51,280 nucleotides of DNA from a virus, in IMG/VR virus record IMGVR_UViG_3300029703_000007; one strand, 5' to 3'. The notes beneath the pieces were generated by a model, which did no database searches, was not told the DNA's origin, and saw nothing but the letters and a program-made list of their open reading frames with translations. The translations under genes and the position numbers were made by a program. The first letter of the stretch is position 1. The number at the start of each line of letters is the position of its first letter. This document shows, piece by piece, positions 50,801 to 51,280 of this stretch.

Positions 50801-51280
50801 AAAAGATGTTGAAAATTTTAGAGTTACTGTTACAAACGGATTAGCGCTTTTTGAATGGACTCCGACTGATGATGTTGACATATCTCATTATGTAATTAAA
50901 TATTCTTTGGATACAGAAGATGTTAGCTGGGAAAGTGCACAGACAGCTGTTGCAAGAGTTACCAGCAATACGGTTACCATGATTATACATCGAGGTATGT
51001 ATCTTATTAAAGCAGTTGATTTAATGGGTTTTGAAAGTAAGAATCCAACTACTATTATTTCAATTGACAGCGGTGCTTATAAAAATGTTGTTGAAGAATT
51101 GATACAGCATCCAAATTGGGAAGGGAGAAAAGAAAATACATACGCAAGTGGTGGTATTTTAACTTTATCTCCTGAAAAATCCCAAGGATATTATTATTTT
51201 AATCCAGAACCTTTAGATTTAGGAGAAGTATACGAATGTTCTTTAACAGCTGATGTTAAAAGTAATGCTGGAAACCGTTC
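47796..51280 (+). CDS. Tail-tip protein: gpI-like N-terminal region fused to gpJ-like host-specificity protein (about 1346 aa in total, continues at 1..655)
   Basis: ATG 47796; hand translation shows no in-frame stop in the stretches checked; gpI-like IIGLNYIPTGGDDGKAVMQVIVTIAAIV...; J-like core; FN3 GSTPPKDVENFRVTVTNGLALFEWTP; not in the ORF track because it has no stop inside the window. Confidence 0.85.
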   Translation, partial: MLNEDIIVQKSVLPFRQDFETLRLQDCKTPQEIVNKLVPFNFVNCKLIVTLDGEILPEEKWGQNLKKGQIIGLNYIPTGGDDGKAVMQVIVTIAAIVTTAYLGSIAEDAIVAGNYGTAALASAGIIAVSMVSSMAMNALMTTPKQSDGTLGYKDSQTQFVEGASNSINKFGVIPVNLGTNRLFPPQAALPYTETSGNDQYCRQLFTYGYGKVTVIERKLGETVLDNYDYVELEDKLNADLNSGTSLYANDVYQEDFSIKVTKEESPYLRTTQKDCDECILDFTFQGLVNGITQGKYAGLKLKTTVQFEIQYAPVNTENWSTSINGATIQEQSINADISVYLLYRFLNSWVCRRYFLALNTQTGGISIHYVDSQVHKLEYPSLSSENVYLGYYENGSFHDLRQNLVGSSIESIDDFIVTTDNSDKSNALITVGSGNILGSTSMMTVTDATSRVLRVSRRIVFPTRGQYQIKVNRLTDDSNIDSLLNDSYWTALKSITYRNPVNFSDISGTAMRIKATDQLNGTVNSYNAIVSTLIKSYDPDKDLWVDGVASSNPADIFRYVLQSPAFAKHEQITDDKIDLEKLKEWWIYCNSLNLTFNKVVDSDTSIDDVLNDICAAGVATLSKVNNIFSVVIDNERPYVKGLVTPRNSWDYKGNISYPELPDALRVEFRNAEVGYNTDERIVYMDGFDENNAKLFERLEFSSCTNADLAYWYGRRYFATALLQPETHTFKMDFEHLTFNRGDRINLVNDVILVGVGQGRIKELITDDENNVTGFVIDDEVNIPTSKNFAVRIRDNNGKGFNYYLLKQFVGVSNSFTFAQSLTAENAPAIGSLCAFVEDGKELDLIITQIKTTSNETATITAVDYAPARFTPIEEFPEWSSNITIPGDFYKPYAPELNGEIKSDESVMIRNSDGSLTSIMIIPLKNRNENSVIPVIQVKITGATEWFIPNTLKNDSNELVLTGLSDGSYYDISIRYQRQTGLQLLSDALYINNVKFVGGSTPPKDVENFRVTVTNGLALFEWTPTDDVDISHYVIKYSLDTEDVSWESAQTAVARVTSNTVTMIIHRGMYLIKAVDLMGFESKNPTTIISIDSGAYKNVVEELIQHPNWEGRKENTYASGGILTLSPEKSQGYYYFNPEPLDLGEVYECSLTADVKSNAGNR
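51182..51280. repeat. Second copy of the terminal overlap (equals bases 1-99)
   Basis: Direct comparison. Confidence 0.95.

Noticed and set aside
47807-51280. 3.5 kb with no plus-strand ORF in the track although the sequence looks coding; considered stop-codon reassignment or a large non-coding region
   Set aside because: Hand translation from ATG 47796 is open in the stretches checked. The ORF simply has no stop inside the window and wraps to base 655. The rest of the genome is read normally with the standard code.
1-51280. Lysogeny module, diversity-generating retroelement, CRISPR array, tRNA genes
   Set aside because: I recognised no integrase/recombinase, CI/Cro pair, reverse transcriptase (no YxDD-type ORF) or repeat-spacer array, and no cloverleaf in any intergenic region inspected. 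The AlpA-like and TetR-like HTH proteins alone do not establish a temperate lifestyle.

Overview
The window is an essentially complete genome of a tailed dsDNA phage with a siphovirus-type tail module. Its unique length is 51,181 bp. Bases 1-99 repeat at 51182-51280, and a lambda gpI/gpJ-like tail-tip gene starts at 47796, runs off the 3' end, continues in frame at base 1 and stops at 655. The genome looks AT-rich (roughly 35-40% GC by eye) with GC-richer islands.

Layout:
(i) A late rightward operon starts from a promoter near 32667. It encodes two HTH proteins, TerS, TerL, portal, scaffold, a P22-coat-like major capsid, connectors, the major tail protein, a G/GT chaperone with a T7 slippery site, the tape measure, a gpM/L/K/I-J-like tip and the fibres (656-3611). 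It continues with a small sigma-region-4-like regulator, unknown Gly/Cys-rich proteins (4.1-7.1 kb), a lysis cassette and RNase H. The lysis cassette comprises a membrane protein, a SleB-type endolysin and an overlapping spanin pair, which implies a diderm host.
(ii) A leftward replication operon (15981 to 9781) encodes a Cas4/RecB-like nuclease, a DUF2815-like SSB, a MazG-like protein, an HExxH peptidase and a family B polymerase.
(iii) A rightward operon (16066 to 19433) encodes an SF2 helicase, a VRR-NUC nuclease and a TetR-like HTH protein.
(iv) Back-to-back twin promoters at 20.3 kb drive an N6-adenine MTase leftward. Rightward they drive an AlpA-like HTH protein, an internally gutted C5-MTase and a primase-helicase.
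(v) A roughly 9-kb leftward early region (32220 to 23346) holds about 30 small genes, including three DUF1566 paralogs and three DUF2829 (Tad2-family-like) modules.

I recognised no integrase, CI/Cro pair, tRNA, CRISPR array or reverse transcriptase.

Most notable observations:
- A conserved, roughly 95-nt, four-segment structured leader is duplicated in front of the major capsid and major tail genes.
- A (CT)7+T6 tract separates the receptor-binding fibre gene from a start-less downstream ORF in the frame that loss of one CT unit would fuse.
- The DUF2829 and DUF1566 paralog arrays sit in the early region.
- A 3-kb GC-rich packaging module looks foreign to the rest of the genome.
- TGTTAA iteron arrays mark the main control region.

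All functional calls rest on motif recognition by eye; no database search was possible.
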